Positions 50,053-61,100 of a stretch of DNA of 64,000 nt are shown piece by piece. Source of the DNA: an uncultured cyanobacterium (GTDB lineage: Bacteria > Cyanobacteriota > Cyanobacteriia > Pseudanabaenales > Pseudanabaenaceae); assembly GCA_963703315.1 (NCBI GenBank), contig OY969811.1, positions 2,944,001-3,008,000 on the forward strand, written 5' to 3'. Position 1 is the first letter of the stretch. Every line of letters starts with the position of its first letter. The translations under genes and the position numbers were made by a program. A model generated the notes under the pieces. The model was given only the letters and a program-made list of their open reading frames with translations, was not told where the DNA came from and searched no databases.

Positions 50053-50156
50053 TAAGTAGCTGGGCGCAATTAAATATAAAACCCAAAAAGCTGTGGCGCA
50101 CGCTGTGCGTGCGCCACAGCTTTTTACTCTGGTTTCTAATTATGTCAAGCTACTTA
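50053..50156. mobile_element. MITE/REPIN-like element with TAAGTAGCT termini
   Basis: taagtagctgggcgcaattaaa ... aattatgtcaagctactta around aaaaagctgtggcgcacgc tgt gcgtgcgccacagcttttt; the terminal TTA is the stop of the next gene. Confidence 0.72.
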
Positions 50157-51584
50157 GTACAACCATTGAGATCTAGTGAAGAGATCTATGCCATATATTG
50201 CGAGACTGGCAAAACTGATCGCAATGATTAAGTAAGAAATAAGAAACTTACCAACAATTTCTTCCAGCATGATGTAGAAGGGTAGAATTAAAGCAATATA
50301 GCGAGTATTAGATAACCAAAAAGACTGAGAAACAATTACAATCCACTGAGCGATGCTCCATGACAATAACCCATAGGATATTCTTTTCCTTTTATGGAGC
50401 ATAGAGATAATATAGAATATGACAACTATTGGTAATATAAAAGTTGAGGCTTGATCAGTGTAGATTGTAATGCTATCTATCCAGTCTCCCTTGACTATAC
50501 TTCCTGTATTGTAAATATACTGTGTTAAAGGATTTACTAATTCTTTATTCCAAATTTTTTTCATAAAGACGTTGTAATAGAAAGGATCATTAAACAACCA
50601 AGCATTAATAGTAAGATAAATTAAAGTCCCCATTGGTATTACTAACGCTTGAATTAGGACATTTTTTCTTGTTTGCCATACTTTATGCTCAATGCAATGA
50701 ACAAGATAAGGAATGACACAGAAAACTCCTAAAGATCGAGTAAGTGCAGCACAAAATCCCGCGATAACTGCAAGAGAATAAGATCTTTTTTCTAAAAAAT
50801 AGAGAAATAAAGCAGTTGATGCTAAAAATATACCCTCCGTGTAAATCATATTGAAGTAGATAGAAATTGGCGTTAGAAAAAAAAGAATCATAATTCTCCA
50901 AACCTTACGATTCTCAAATCCTGATTCTAAAAGAAACATTCCAAATGCAATATGTCCAATTATAGAACCTACATTTGATATCACTAAGCCTGCTAAGTAA
51001 GGATTACCAAAAACAAATGTAAATAAATGAATTAATAGAGGATAGAAAGGCGGAAAAACGATAAATTCTACTCCTTTGCCAGCGCTTTGATAACCATGCT
51101 GTGATAGGAATATATAATGATGAGCATCGTTATAACTAAATCGATTAAGAAAATCTTGCCAACTCATTCCTGGATAAGTCGATATTAATTGATAACTAGT
51201 TATTGCTACTAGAATTATCTGATACAGAATCGCGATCGTAACTAAACCCTTATTACTATAAAAATACTTCTTAACCCCATTTTGATTGCCCGTGAGATTT
51301 TGCAAGATGAGCAACTTACTGCTACAAAATGCCTTAACAATAGTAAATAGTTGGGAAATCAAATATATAGGGTGAATATTTGCATCATATTTGTGGCGAT
51401 CGCTAGCCGCATCGATAAAATTAATTTCAGGAAACCAAAATTTATTTCTTTGTTGATCGGCGGGGACTTTGAGGGCGTGACCTGTAAAAAAGGTATGACA
51501 AACTAGACAAGAGTATTTACGATCACCGTTGATTGTTTTACCATGATCCTGAAATTGGTTACTTTCGCACAGAGGACATTGCAT
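50154..51584 (-). CDS. GT-C mannosyltransferase-like (PIG-V-like) membrane protein with N-terminal zinc ribbon
   Basis: YNDAHHYIFLSQHGY, FPPFYP, YTEGIFL, TRSLG, SNTRY; N-terminus CPLC..YSCLVC. Confidence 0.75.
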   Translation of the reverse strand: MQCPLCESNQFQDHGKTINGDRKYSCLVCHTFFTGHALKVPADQQRNKFWFPEINFIDAASDRHKYDANIHPIYLISQLFTIVKAFCSSKLLILQNLTGNQNGVKKYFYSNKGLVTIAILYQIILVAITSYQLISTYPGMSWQDFLNRFSYNDAHHYIFLSQHGYQSAGKGVEFIVFPPFYPLLIHLFTFVFGNPYLAGLVISNVGSIIGHIAFGMFLLESGFENRKVWRIMILFFLTPISIYFNMIYTEGIFLASTALFLYFLEKRSYSLAVIAGFCAALTRSLGVFCVIPYLVHCIEHKVWQTRKNVLIQALVIPMGTLIYLTINAWLFNDPFYYNVFMKKIWNKELVNPLTQYIYNTGSIVKGDWIDSITIYTDQASTFILPIVVIFYIISMLHKRKRISYGLLSWSIAQWIVIVSQSFWLSNTRYIALILPFYIMLEEIVGKFLISYLIIAISFASLAIYGIDLFTRSQWLY

Positions 51585-51676
51585 TGCATTTCAGGTTAAT
51601 TTTTCAGGTTAAATTTTCAGACAATCGACAGCATTAATATATTAAGTCTTCCCCTATTTGTAAATGACCTACGACA

Positions 51677-52345
51677 GTGCATAAAAAATTTCTAATTGGT
51701 GTGGTTGTTTTTTTGATTCTATTGAGCGGCTGGATTACTTTTAGCAACGTTGACCAGTTGAATCAGATTCAAGTAATTGTTCACAATGCAGGTTGGTGGG
51801 GTTATCTAATTTTTGTGATTGCCTATGCGATCGCCACTTTACTGATTTTGCCTGTGACCGCATTTAATATTGCAGGTGGAGCGCTTTATGGTGCAGTGAT
51901 GGGGTTATTACTGACAACAATGGGGGCTTTGATATCAGCATTGCTAGCTTTTATTTTGGCGCGATCGCTCAAATTTTCAGTGGCGGATGAGCGATGGGCA
52001 AAGGTAAGCGTAAATTTGGTAGCAGGGGGTGTAGGCTATTCCTTTGCTGCAAGACTATTGCCTGTCATCCCCTATAGCGTAGTTAGCTTGATTGCAGGAT
52101 TAAGTCCGATTAAACGCCGTGATTATTTATTAGGAACTTTACTGGGAACTCCTTTAGGAATTGCTCCCTTTGTGTTTTTAGGAAGTACAGGTGTACAAGT
52201 ACGCGATCGCCATGATCTATTACCTTTATTGGCTAGCAGCATGGGATTGGGATTGCTGATTGTGGCGGGTATATGGTATCAGCAACATCAAAAAACAGTT
52301 CAAGTCGAAGTCATAGAGGATGATTATGCAAAATTTAGAGAATAA
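51677..52345 (+). CDS. TVP38/TMEM64 (DedA/VTT domain) membrane protein
   Basis: AGGALYG, RLLPVIPY, YLLGTLLG. Confidence 0.88.
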   Translation: MHKKFLIGVVVFLILLSGWITFSNVDQLNQIQVIVHNAGWWGYLIFVIAYAIATLLILPVTAFNIAGGALYGAVMGLLLTTMGALISALLAFILARSLKFSVADERWAKVSVNLVAGGVGYSFAARLLPVIPYSVVSLIAGLSPIKRRDYLLGTLLGTPLGIAPFVFLGSTGVQVRDRHDLLPLLASSMGLGLLIVAGIWYQQHQKTVQVEVIEDDYAKFRE

Positions 52346-53771
52346 TCTTGAGCAAAATCTCGACAAAAATATAGATAGCCCTAGTCAATCACAAGTACCA
52401 CAATGGGATTGGTACTTAGTTTTCGGTGGGTTAGGCATCTTCGCAATCGCCTTATTTTTGCATTTTTGGCAACTGGGTAAAATTCCCTATCCTGTTTTTG
52501 ATGAAGTTATGTTTGGCAAATACGCCGAAGAATATCTAGATGGTGCGCCCTCATGGGAAGGACATCCGCCACTAGGTAAGTTTTTCATTATGTTGGGGAT
52601 TCTGCTCTTTGGACGTAATGAATTTGGCTATCGGTTTCTCGGTGCTTGTTTTGGATCGATCTTGCCACTATTAGCGATCGGATTAATTTATCGCCTCACT
52701 TACAAACGGAATCTCGCCTTATTGTCAGGGTTGTTTTTAGGTAGTGATGGCTTATTTTTAGTGGAGTCGCGCTTAGGTTTAATCAATGTATTTTTAGTCG
52801 CTACGGGTTTCACCTCACAAATTTTCTTACTGGCAGGTTTAGAACATAAGGGTAAATTACGCACATTTTTACTCTGTTGTGCAGGATTGCTCTTAGGTGC
52901 GGCTGCCTCCGTGAAATGGAATGGATTGGGATTTAGCTTATTATTGTTTTTGCTTTTGCTATGGGTTGGCACAATTGCCAAATTTTTTCCCAAACATTTA
53001 AGCCGATTGGGAATACTCGCAGAAATTACGAGTCTACGTTGGTGGGAATATCTACTCTGTTTTGTCATCAGCCCGATCGCCTTTTATTTGGTGCAGTGGA
53101 TTCCTTTGTTTATGCTAAATTCGGGCGATATCTATCAAGAAAGTGGGTTTCAGGCACTCCCTTCATTTTGGAACTCATTAGTTAAGGTGCATCAGCATAT
53201 TCTTTGGTGGCATTCGGCAGATATTGTAACTACCCTTGATCCCGCCCATCCTGTCCATCCCTACTGTTCGGCGGCAATTTCTTGGGCGGTGATGGCAAGA
53301 CCTGTGGGCTATTATTTTCAAAATCAGAATGGATATTTTACAGTGATGCAGGGGATCGGCAATCCGATTTTGTGGTGGTTCTCGACCCTCGCGATCGCCT
53401 TGATTACAGTCGCCTCAGTTTTACCAAATTTACCCAAATTTTACAAAAAAGCCAATGTCGGTAGTACCAACTATGTACTTTTAGGATATTTTTCTAACTA
53501 TGTGCCTTGGTTAATTGTGAAGCGATGCCTATTTGTCTATCACTACATGGCGGCGGCAGTCTTTAGCTTTGTCGCATTGGCATGGCTAGTTAATCAAATG
53601 TTGGAGCAGAAAGGAATTTACCGCTATTTTGGCTATGGAATTATTGCTTTAGTTATCTTCACGCAAATTTTCTTTTTACCAATCTGGATTGGCTTACCAA
53701 TTCTGCCCAGTGATTTCTATCATCGGATTTGGTTTATGCCAGACAGAATATCAGGATTCAATTGGATTTGA
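52326..53771 (+). CDS. Protein O-mannosyltransferase (PMT, GT39-like)
   Basis: VFDEV, HPPLGK, VESR, VKWNG, HPYCS, GNPILWW, FVYHY. Confidence 0.9.
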   Translation: MQNLENNLEQNLDKNIDSPSQSQVPQWDWYLVFGGLGIFAIALFLHFWQLGKIPYPVFDEVMFGKYAEEYLDGAPSWEGHPPLGKFFIMLGILLFGRNEFGYRFLGACFGSILPLLAIGLIYRLTYKRNLALLSGLFLGSDGLFLVESRLGLINVFLVATGFTSQIFLLAGLEHKGKLRTFLLCCAGLLLGAAASVKWNGLGFSLLLFLLLLWVGTIAKFFPKHLSRLGILAEITSLRWWEYLLCFVISPIAFYLVQWIPLFMLNSGDIYQESGFQALPSFWNSLVKVHQHILWWHSADIVTTLDPAHPVHPYCSAAISWAVMARPVGYYFQNQNGYFTVMQGIGNPILWWFSTLAIALITVASVLPNLPKFYKKANVGSTNYVLLGYFSNYVPWLIVKRCLFVYHYMAAAVFSFVALAWLVNQMLEQKGIYRYFGYGIIALVIFTQIFFLPIWIGLPILPSDFYHRIWFMPDRISGFNWI

Positions 53772-55040
53772 GATCTTTGAGGTTGATTGCCAGTGAGTCA
53801 TTTGGAAGATGAGAACTAAAAATAAAATTCCATTCACAGCGCTGATTGCTAAAGTCAAGCTCTGTATCCATAAATTAGGAACTGTGACATACCAAGCTTC
53901 ATAGTTATAACGGAAATAAACATAGGCGACATTTATGGAATTGGTAATTGTAAAGCCCCAATACAACCACTTAACTGTGGGGATTAAGGCGATCGCGATC
54001 GCTAAAAAAGCAAGGCTATACAACATATAGCGTTCATGCATCCTTGTAGGTAACATGAAAAATCCGATCAGCATCGTAGCTAACGCTAGGGAATGAGTTG
54101 CCAATTGTTCCTGTTGATCTCGTTGCTGATAAAGAAATATCCCCAACCATCCCAAGAGTATGACCAAAGAAACCAAACCAATTACCTTATAGCTAATCCC
54201 CCAAAATGTCGCATAGTCCCGTTCCCAATTTGCCCAGCCCCAAAAATTAAAAGCATTAACCGAAGCAAAGTTGTAATAGTCCGCCGTACGCTGCAACCGT
54301 TTATATAGATATAAAAATGGTGTGGTGATTCCATATTCAGTAAATCCATAAAATGGCAACGCAGCCAACCAGATTAATCCTAAAGATCCCATCGCGATCG
54401 CCCCCCATTTCCACCAAGCTTGCCGAAACCATTGGGAAAGCAATAAAAACGGCGCAATAAATAACCCTTGCGGTTTCACGATCACCATTACCGCGATTAA
54501 CAATCCTGCTCTGATCACATGATTTTGTTCAATTAGATAAAAAGCCAACAGCATCAACAAAGTCATTACCCCATCAATCTGTCCCCAAACCCCTGACACA
54601 AACCACATCAAAGGATTAAAGGCATAGAGTAGCCCCAACTTATACCCCTTGTCGCTGTAGGGTCTCAGAATTTGGGCGATCAAAAATGCAGAGCCAATAT
54701 TAGCTAAGACAGGTGGAATTTTAATTAACGCTGTGAATAACCATCCATCGGCATGACTGAAATGGGGATCAAAAAACTGATAGATTTTCCCGATCGCCCA
54801 CAACACATACAAATAAACAGGGGGATAGTCGCAGTTGGAATAGTTATAAAAGTTCCCCAATCCCTGTCGGACTATATCTATAGCCCAAGCCTTATATAAG
54901 TTCATATCAATACCAAAGGCGATCGGCACGCTAATTAGTAGAAGTTGGCAAGCCAAAGCGATCGCCAGTCCTATATAAAATTTTTGCGAATCCAACTTAT
55001 AAAAATCTAGCTCTAATTCTTTGTTTGCGATATTAGCCAT
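53751..55040 (-). CDS. GT-C membrane glycosyltransferase (GT87/PMT-associated type)
   Basis: DYPPVYLY, FNP, WGQIDG, KPQG, SVNAFNFW, PTRMHERY. Confidence 0.8.
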   Translation of the reverse strand: MANIANKELELDFYKLDSQKFYIGLAIALACQLLLISVPIAFGIDMNLYKAWAIDIVRQGLGNFYNYSNCDYPPVYLYVLWAIGKIYQFFDPHFSHADGWLFTALIKIPPVLANIGSAFLIAQILRPYSDKGYKLGLLYAFNPLMWFVSGVWGQIDGVMTLLMLLAFYLIEQNHVIRAGLLIAVMVIVKPQGLFIAPFLLLSQWFRQAWWKWGAIAMGSLGLIWLAALPFYGFTEYGITTPFLYLYKRLQRTADYYNFASVNAFNFWGWANWERDYATFWGISYKVIGLVSLVILLGWLGIFLYQQRDQQEQLATHSLALATMLIGFFMLPTRMHERYMLYSLAFLAIAIALIPTVKWLYWGFTITNSINVAYVYFRYNYEAWYVTVPNLWIQSLTLAISAVNGILFLVLIFQMTHWQSTSKISNPIES

Positions 55041-55137
55041 GAAGCTTGTGCATTGGGTTTATGTTGATCAGCTCGAAATGTTTGTAACTTTTGCCTCTGT
55101 CGTGGGTAGTATATTGCAGTCAGGTTGGTAAAAGTTT

Positions 55138-58100
55138 ATGTCTGATTCTAAGCAAAGCCGTAAAATTAATCGCTTTTTTGCCGAATTTATCGCCAAGTTA
55201 AGAAAATGGCTCAATAAAATTGGCAGTCCTGTACGGATTAGTTGGCGGTTTGTGCGTCAATTACTAGGCGCATCAAAGGGGCGCGGCAAGGGGGCGGCAG
55301 GTTTTGTATTACCAACTGTGACCTTAGTGACTTTGCTAGTCACGTTATTAGTTGTGACCACTGTCGCTAGATCGTCAGATCGGGCAAACACGGCATCCAA
55401 TGCCCGCCAAGAACAAGTATTTAGAAGTGCCGCAACACCGATTATTGATCGCGCTCGTGCCAAAATTGATAAGCTGATCAATGACCCAAAACTACCCCGC
55501 ACAACACCACCTGAAACAACCCTAGATAGCGTCATCACCAGTGATGGAGGCACATATACATTACCCGATGAAACTCGTTTACAGCTAGTTTATAACTTCG
55601 ATGGTACGGCGGGGATTAAGTACGGAGGCAGTCAACTAGAAAATAAAGAGTATGTCTCCACCGCTTGGAAATTTCCGATTGATACCGACAACAATGGTAA
55701 GTTTGATTCTTACGGTTTGTATAGCATTCTCTTCCGTACCCGTCCTCCCTCAAAAGTAAATACCCGTCCCATTGTTCCCATTGAATCAAGATCGCTGCCA
55801 ATGGAAGAGGGGGTTCTATCAAGTGCCTGTGTATCAGCAGGCGATGTCAGCAACATTGCTAGTGATGGTGGTTGGACAACATCTAAAGACAAAAAGCTCC
55901 GTAAATCTTTCTTTGTTTATGCAGTTACTGTTCCTATTACCAGCGAGGAAAGTTATAAGGTTAATGGGGCTTTACTACCAGGATATGAGCTTTACAATGG
56001 CAGAACATCTATTAGTGCCGTTGAACTCCAACAAGACCGTGCGAGAACACCACAGAACAACAACGCGGTCTTTTTTGAAGGAGATACAGAGCTAGTTAAT
56101 GTTGCCACCTTCCGTCTCAATGGTCGGGTATATAGTGCTGGCAACCTCATGGTTGGTGCAGCAGCTAATAACCCGATTACTTTTTATCAAGTTAGTAGCT
56201 CTGGGGGTGTACCCGCAACTGCACCAACACTTCCTGGGCAAGTACCTCTACAAGCAACAACTAATCCTGATTGGTTTGGATCTTGCTATTACGAAAGACA
56301 AAATAGCTTAATTGCCGTAGCAGGGAATGTCGTCGAAGGTGATGCGGTTAGCTCTAATCCTGCAACACTTTCATCACAGTCAACAGGAATTGGGGCGCAA
56401 GCTGCTGCTTCACCTCCTAGTGGCGTGGTCAGTGTTCACTTATTTCTGGGCAATGGTAAACCGCCAGACACCGCCACCGATACAGGTTTGGCGGCAGGCA
56501 CAAGGATTGGGATCAAACAAATTACCGATACAGGCAATCCTGATACTTCTACAGTCAGTGCCAATAGCAGTGCGAACCCACCAAGAAACCTTAGTTCTAA
56601 ACTAGCCCTCAATGACTTTGCCTACAATCGCCGCATTGGCGCACTCGTTGATCTAGCGATCGCCAGACCTCAAACTACTGATCCTGTTTCTGTAAAAGAA
56701 GACTTTACAACAAGAGTTGCCGATGAAGCTTTATCATCCACAACAGAACAAGAAACCGCCAGAAGAGCAGCCTTTACGGTTTACTTTGGAGAAAGAATTC
56801 GCAAAGTCTCCTTTGCTGACGTATCTTCTACAACCACTGAAAATTTATCGTCCCTCGCGCTTGTAGAAATTCCTGTAACAGGTCAAACACCAGAACTAGC
56901 TCCTGGTCCCGGAGTGACTCGAATTAACTGGATGTTACCTAGTTTTGCCAATGCTAATTTTGGTAACACTAATTTCAGTCTTGCTACGGGTGTTGACTTC
57001 GATGGTAAAGGTGGCATTTTAGATGCCAATGGAGTTACCCTCTTAAAACCAAGCGCTCTCAATGGGCTAGGACTAGCGGCTGGTACTCCTGAAGATGTTA
57101 CCGAAAACAACGAAAAAATGTTGGGCGATCGCGTCCTCGTGGGCAATGGGTTGCCAGCAAGATGGCTCAAGAAAAGCGACATCACAGGGGCATTGCAATT
57201 TGTTGGCGAAAATGAACCCAATTACATCTCGACACTTGATAACTCCATTTTTTGGAACAGTACCAATGAGAATAGCCTGACAAACGTTGATCGTTATCGC
57301 TATACTCGCGCTGTCTCTTTGAGCAATTTGGGTGTAAGCGATCGCGGTGGATTTTGGGAACTCTCAGCAGCCCTTAACCCTGCTATTCCCGATGTTAACG
57401 CACCAACTACGATCATTCCTGAATCATCGCCTAAAACAGGTGGGCTGCGTGTAGTCACTAATGCAGGTATCTATAGCCGTCGTCCTGCTGATACATTTCT
57501 CCCTCGGTTCCGCACTGGCGTTCCCGACAATTCAAGTACAACTTGGAATGAGTCCAGTATGCCCATCTGGAATGGTCAGGCGATCGATAATCCTATCACC
57601 ACCATTAATGAAACTAATTTTGCTAAATCTGGAAATCCTGCCACTAACCTCGATCCAACGGTAGATGGCGAACAGGAAACCCAAAACTATGTAGTCTGGC
57701 AAGACTCCATGCCAATGACTAGTGCAAATGCTGCTGATAATCGCAAAGGCGATCTACAAATGCGGGCAACGGCAGTCTATCACTACAAATCTGATGCCTA
57801 CAACGCTGTCAGCACTCCAGAAGACTATCAAAGACCGCTCGCCTGTGTTAGCAGCTATTATGATCCGACCGACGCAACAACCGCCAAAAATGCTTCTGGA
57901 ACTCCGTGGAATGGCGGAGTGGGCGGTCGATCTAATAATGGACTAGTGTATCGAGTTGGATTGACTGCGGCGGATCTATCATTTACTAGCATCAGTTACA
58001 ACACCACCACTGGGTTATTCTCTGGTTTTGCAGATGCTGCCAGAAGACCCGCAGATCCCACTAATTCGGCATCTTCCTATGCTGATCGGCTTGCTTATCA

Positions 58101-61100
58101 GGCTAACTTGATCTTCCCCAATGGTCGCTTTGTTAATGAGCCATTAAGAGAAGTTCTCAAGAAAAAAATTACGACTCCATCGGCAAACTTGACTCTGCCA
58201 CAGCAATCGACCCTAGATTCTAATCTCTGTGCTTTACAGATTTTGAATGGCTCTGTAGCTCTAGCAAATACCAGCACCAGCGCCGCCACCATTAGTCCAG
58301 CTACAGGTTTAACCTCTGCGGAAATTCCTCATGGTACATTCCGCGAAAGTGCCTTCTTAAATGGTAGAGAAGTCAAATCGCTCAATCGCAATGAGTCCCT
58401 AACCGAAGCAGCAGTTGGGAATAGTCCACGCGGAACCACCGCCGCCGACAATGGTTTACCCATTATTCAGCCAAATCGGGGCGACATTTATGACCTCGAA
58501 ATAGAGCAACGTCAACCCCTCGAAATCCGCGCCACTGATATCGATATGGATCGGATGCGTGGTTCTAAAATTGTTGGTGGCAATAATACAGGTGTCGCTA
58601 CTGACTATCTGCTTCCCTATAGCGGTATCGTCTATGCAACCCGTGAAGATGCTCTCGAAGATCTGAGTTACTACAAAGTTGCGATCGATGCAACTACTTG
58701 TCCTCCCGTTACGGCTGGTAATCCTTGCCCAACATCCGATGCCGATCGCAAAAACCTTAGTTCTACTGACTTTAAGCTTGATCCCACCCGCAAACCTAGC
58801 AGCATCCGTCTAATTAATGGCTATCGTCTCTGGCGCAGTGCCTTAGTAAACACAGCCGCAAGTTTAGGAAATACCGATGGTACACAAGCTGTATCTAATG
58901 CCACCTATGCCACCTTCCCTTGGACAGAAGCAACCAAAGGCGAAAAGGGTTTAATCCTTGTTTCTAATTTGCCAGTTTACGTCAAGGCACAACGCGATCC
59001 CGTCACTCCTGCCAACAGACCTGGCTTCAACAGACACACCAGAGAAGAATTTACCCTAGCGCTAAATGAAAATACCGCCAGTCCTGATACGATTTGGGAT
59101 AACTTCTATCAGCGTCATGCTAACAATGGACCTGGGGATAGCCTGAATCCTAACTTTGCCTGTCGCCCTAACCCACTTACTACTTGCGTCGATGGTGATG
59201 AGTGGCGACCTGCAACGGTTTTGGCAGATGCGGTAACAGTGCTATCGGCGAACTATCGTGATGGTTATCGCATTGATGGCGACTATGATCTTAGTAATAA
59301 TGCCAATACCTCTACTAGCATCAACTGGCAGTCACAGCTAAATCCTTCGCTATTCCCCAACGACCCACGCAAAAATAGCAGTTATGTCCTCGACAGACGA
59401 CGTTCTGGCTTCTTTAATAATAATTTTGCCACCAGCGCTCTATGGCTAAATCGCCGTAACTCCGATCTTGTAGCTGTTCCTGACTCCGACTATTGGCCTG
59501 CCAACCCTGCGGCAGCAACTCCAGACAATGGCAACCTCGCTAGTTACAACGCGAATGGAGTTACGCCGATCCAGCGTCGGATTAACTTTAGTGAATATGG
59601 CATGGAGATTTGCCGCAAAGTCCCTGTCAGTGAATGTACTTTCTCCGACTGGGTTAAGGCTGGGGCTGGTACAACGACTTTACCTGCATTTAATACCACT
59701 ACAGGAGTCGTTTCTACGGCACCAGGCGCACCCCGATATATTTCCAATGCCGACTCACGTTTTGCGCGTCGTCTTTCGTTCTTACGTTTTGACGATATTT
59801 ACAAAGACGGCAATATGCAGATGGTTTTTGCCCACAATAGTTGTAGTGGCAATAATGGGGTATGGCCAATTGGCATTGGTGTGACCAGTGGCTCTGATGC
59901 CACAAATGGCTTTACCTATCCCCATATTATGGGTAACCTCACTGCTCCTTTTGACCTTAGTGCCACTGCCAACCAGAATAGTTATGGCACTGTACCCTGT
60001 CCTGAAAGAGGCATTAGAGTTAGCCTTACCAACGATGCATCAGCACCAGAAGGACGTAGACGTGATCAAAACTCCAATTTACAAACCTTAGAAGCACAAC
60101 TTGGTAATGACAATCTGCCTGTTCCTGTCTTTACGAATGCAAACAGCGTAACTACTTCGCCCGATAATACAACTTCTACGGCTGCACCATTACCTACGAA
60201 CCGAGCTGGTCGTAGTACTAACAATGCGGTTTATAGAAGGTTTGACTTTAGTGCTGAGATCACTGCCGCAGAGAGAGCTAATTTACCAGTAGGTCAATCA
60301 ATCCGAGTAAAGGTTACAGTCAGTTCAAACAATACTGGTACTACTGTACCAGGGGAAATTCCACCAGTGACAGGGCTACCGACATCAGCACTGCCTACTA
60401 AGTTTGCACAGATGTCTGAGGGGACTGACGGCACAAACACTCATAACACTAAAGCTGACTACATCAACCGTCTCTATAACCCATCTACTACCGCACTGGC
60501 GATGACAGTTCCTAGCCCTGTAACTATTCAGTCAAGCTTGGTTAATGGCAGTGTCACCACCAGCACATCAACACTTGCGAGTATCCCTGTTACTGCTAAT
60601 GGTGGTCAATATCCACGCCTTGCAGTTGCCGCCGCAAATAGTCCTGAAACTGTTGCCCCTGAAGTTGCGGCTTGTCCAGCCAATCAATACTGCACGGTAT
60701 TAACTTGGACTGGACCAACTAATACTGCTACAGATCCTAATATCAAAACCGTATCAGTACTAGTGGTTCGAGACAGCGCCCATGAGTCAAACAGTGACGA
60801 AACGTTTACAGTCCGACTTGATAACATCAGAGGTCCTCAAGCCACCTATGGCACAAGGACAAGAACAGGAACAATCCAGAGAGACAATCAGAATGCACCT
60901 AATCCCCTTTGTGAATCGGGACTGACTAATACTTACACGAATAACGATGATCTCATAACCACTGCGACTGCTGCTGTCACTTGTCCCACCCCAACTCCCA
61001 CCCCAACTCCCACCCCAACTCCCACCCCAACTCCCACCCCAACTCCCACCCCAACTCCTACCCCAGGTGGAGGTGGTGTTGGTTCAATTACACAACCTAC

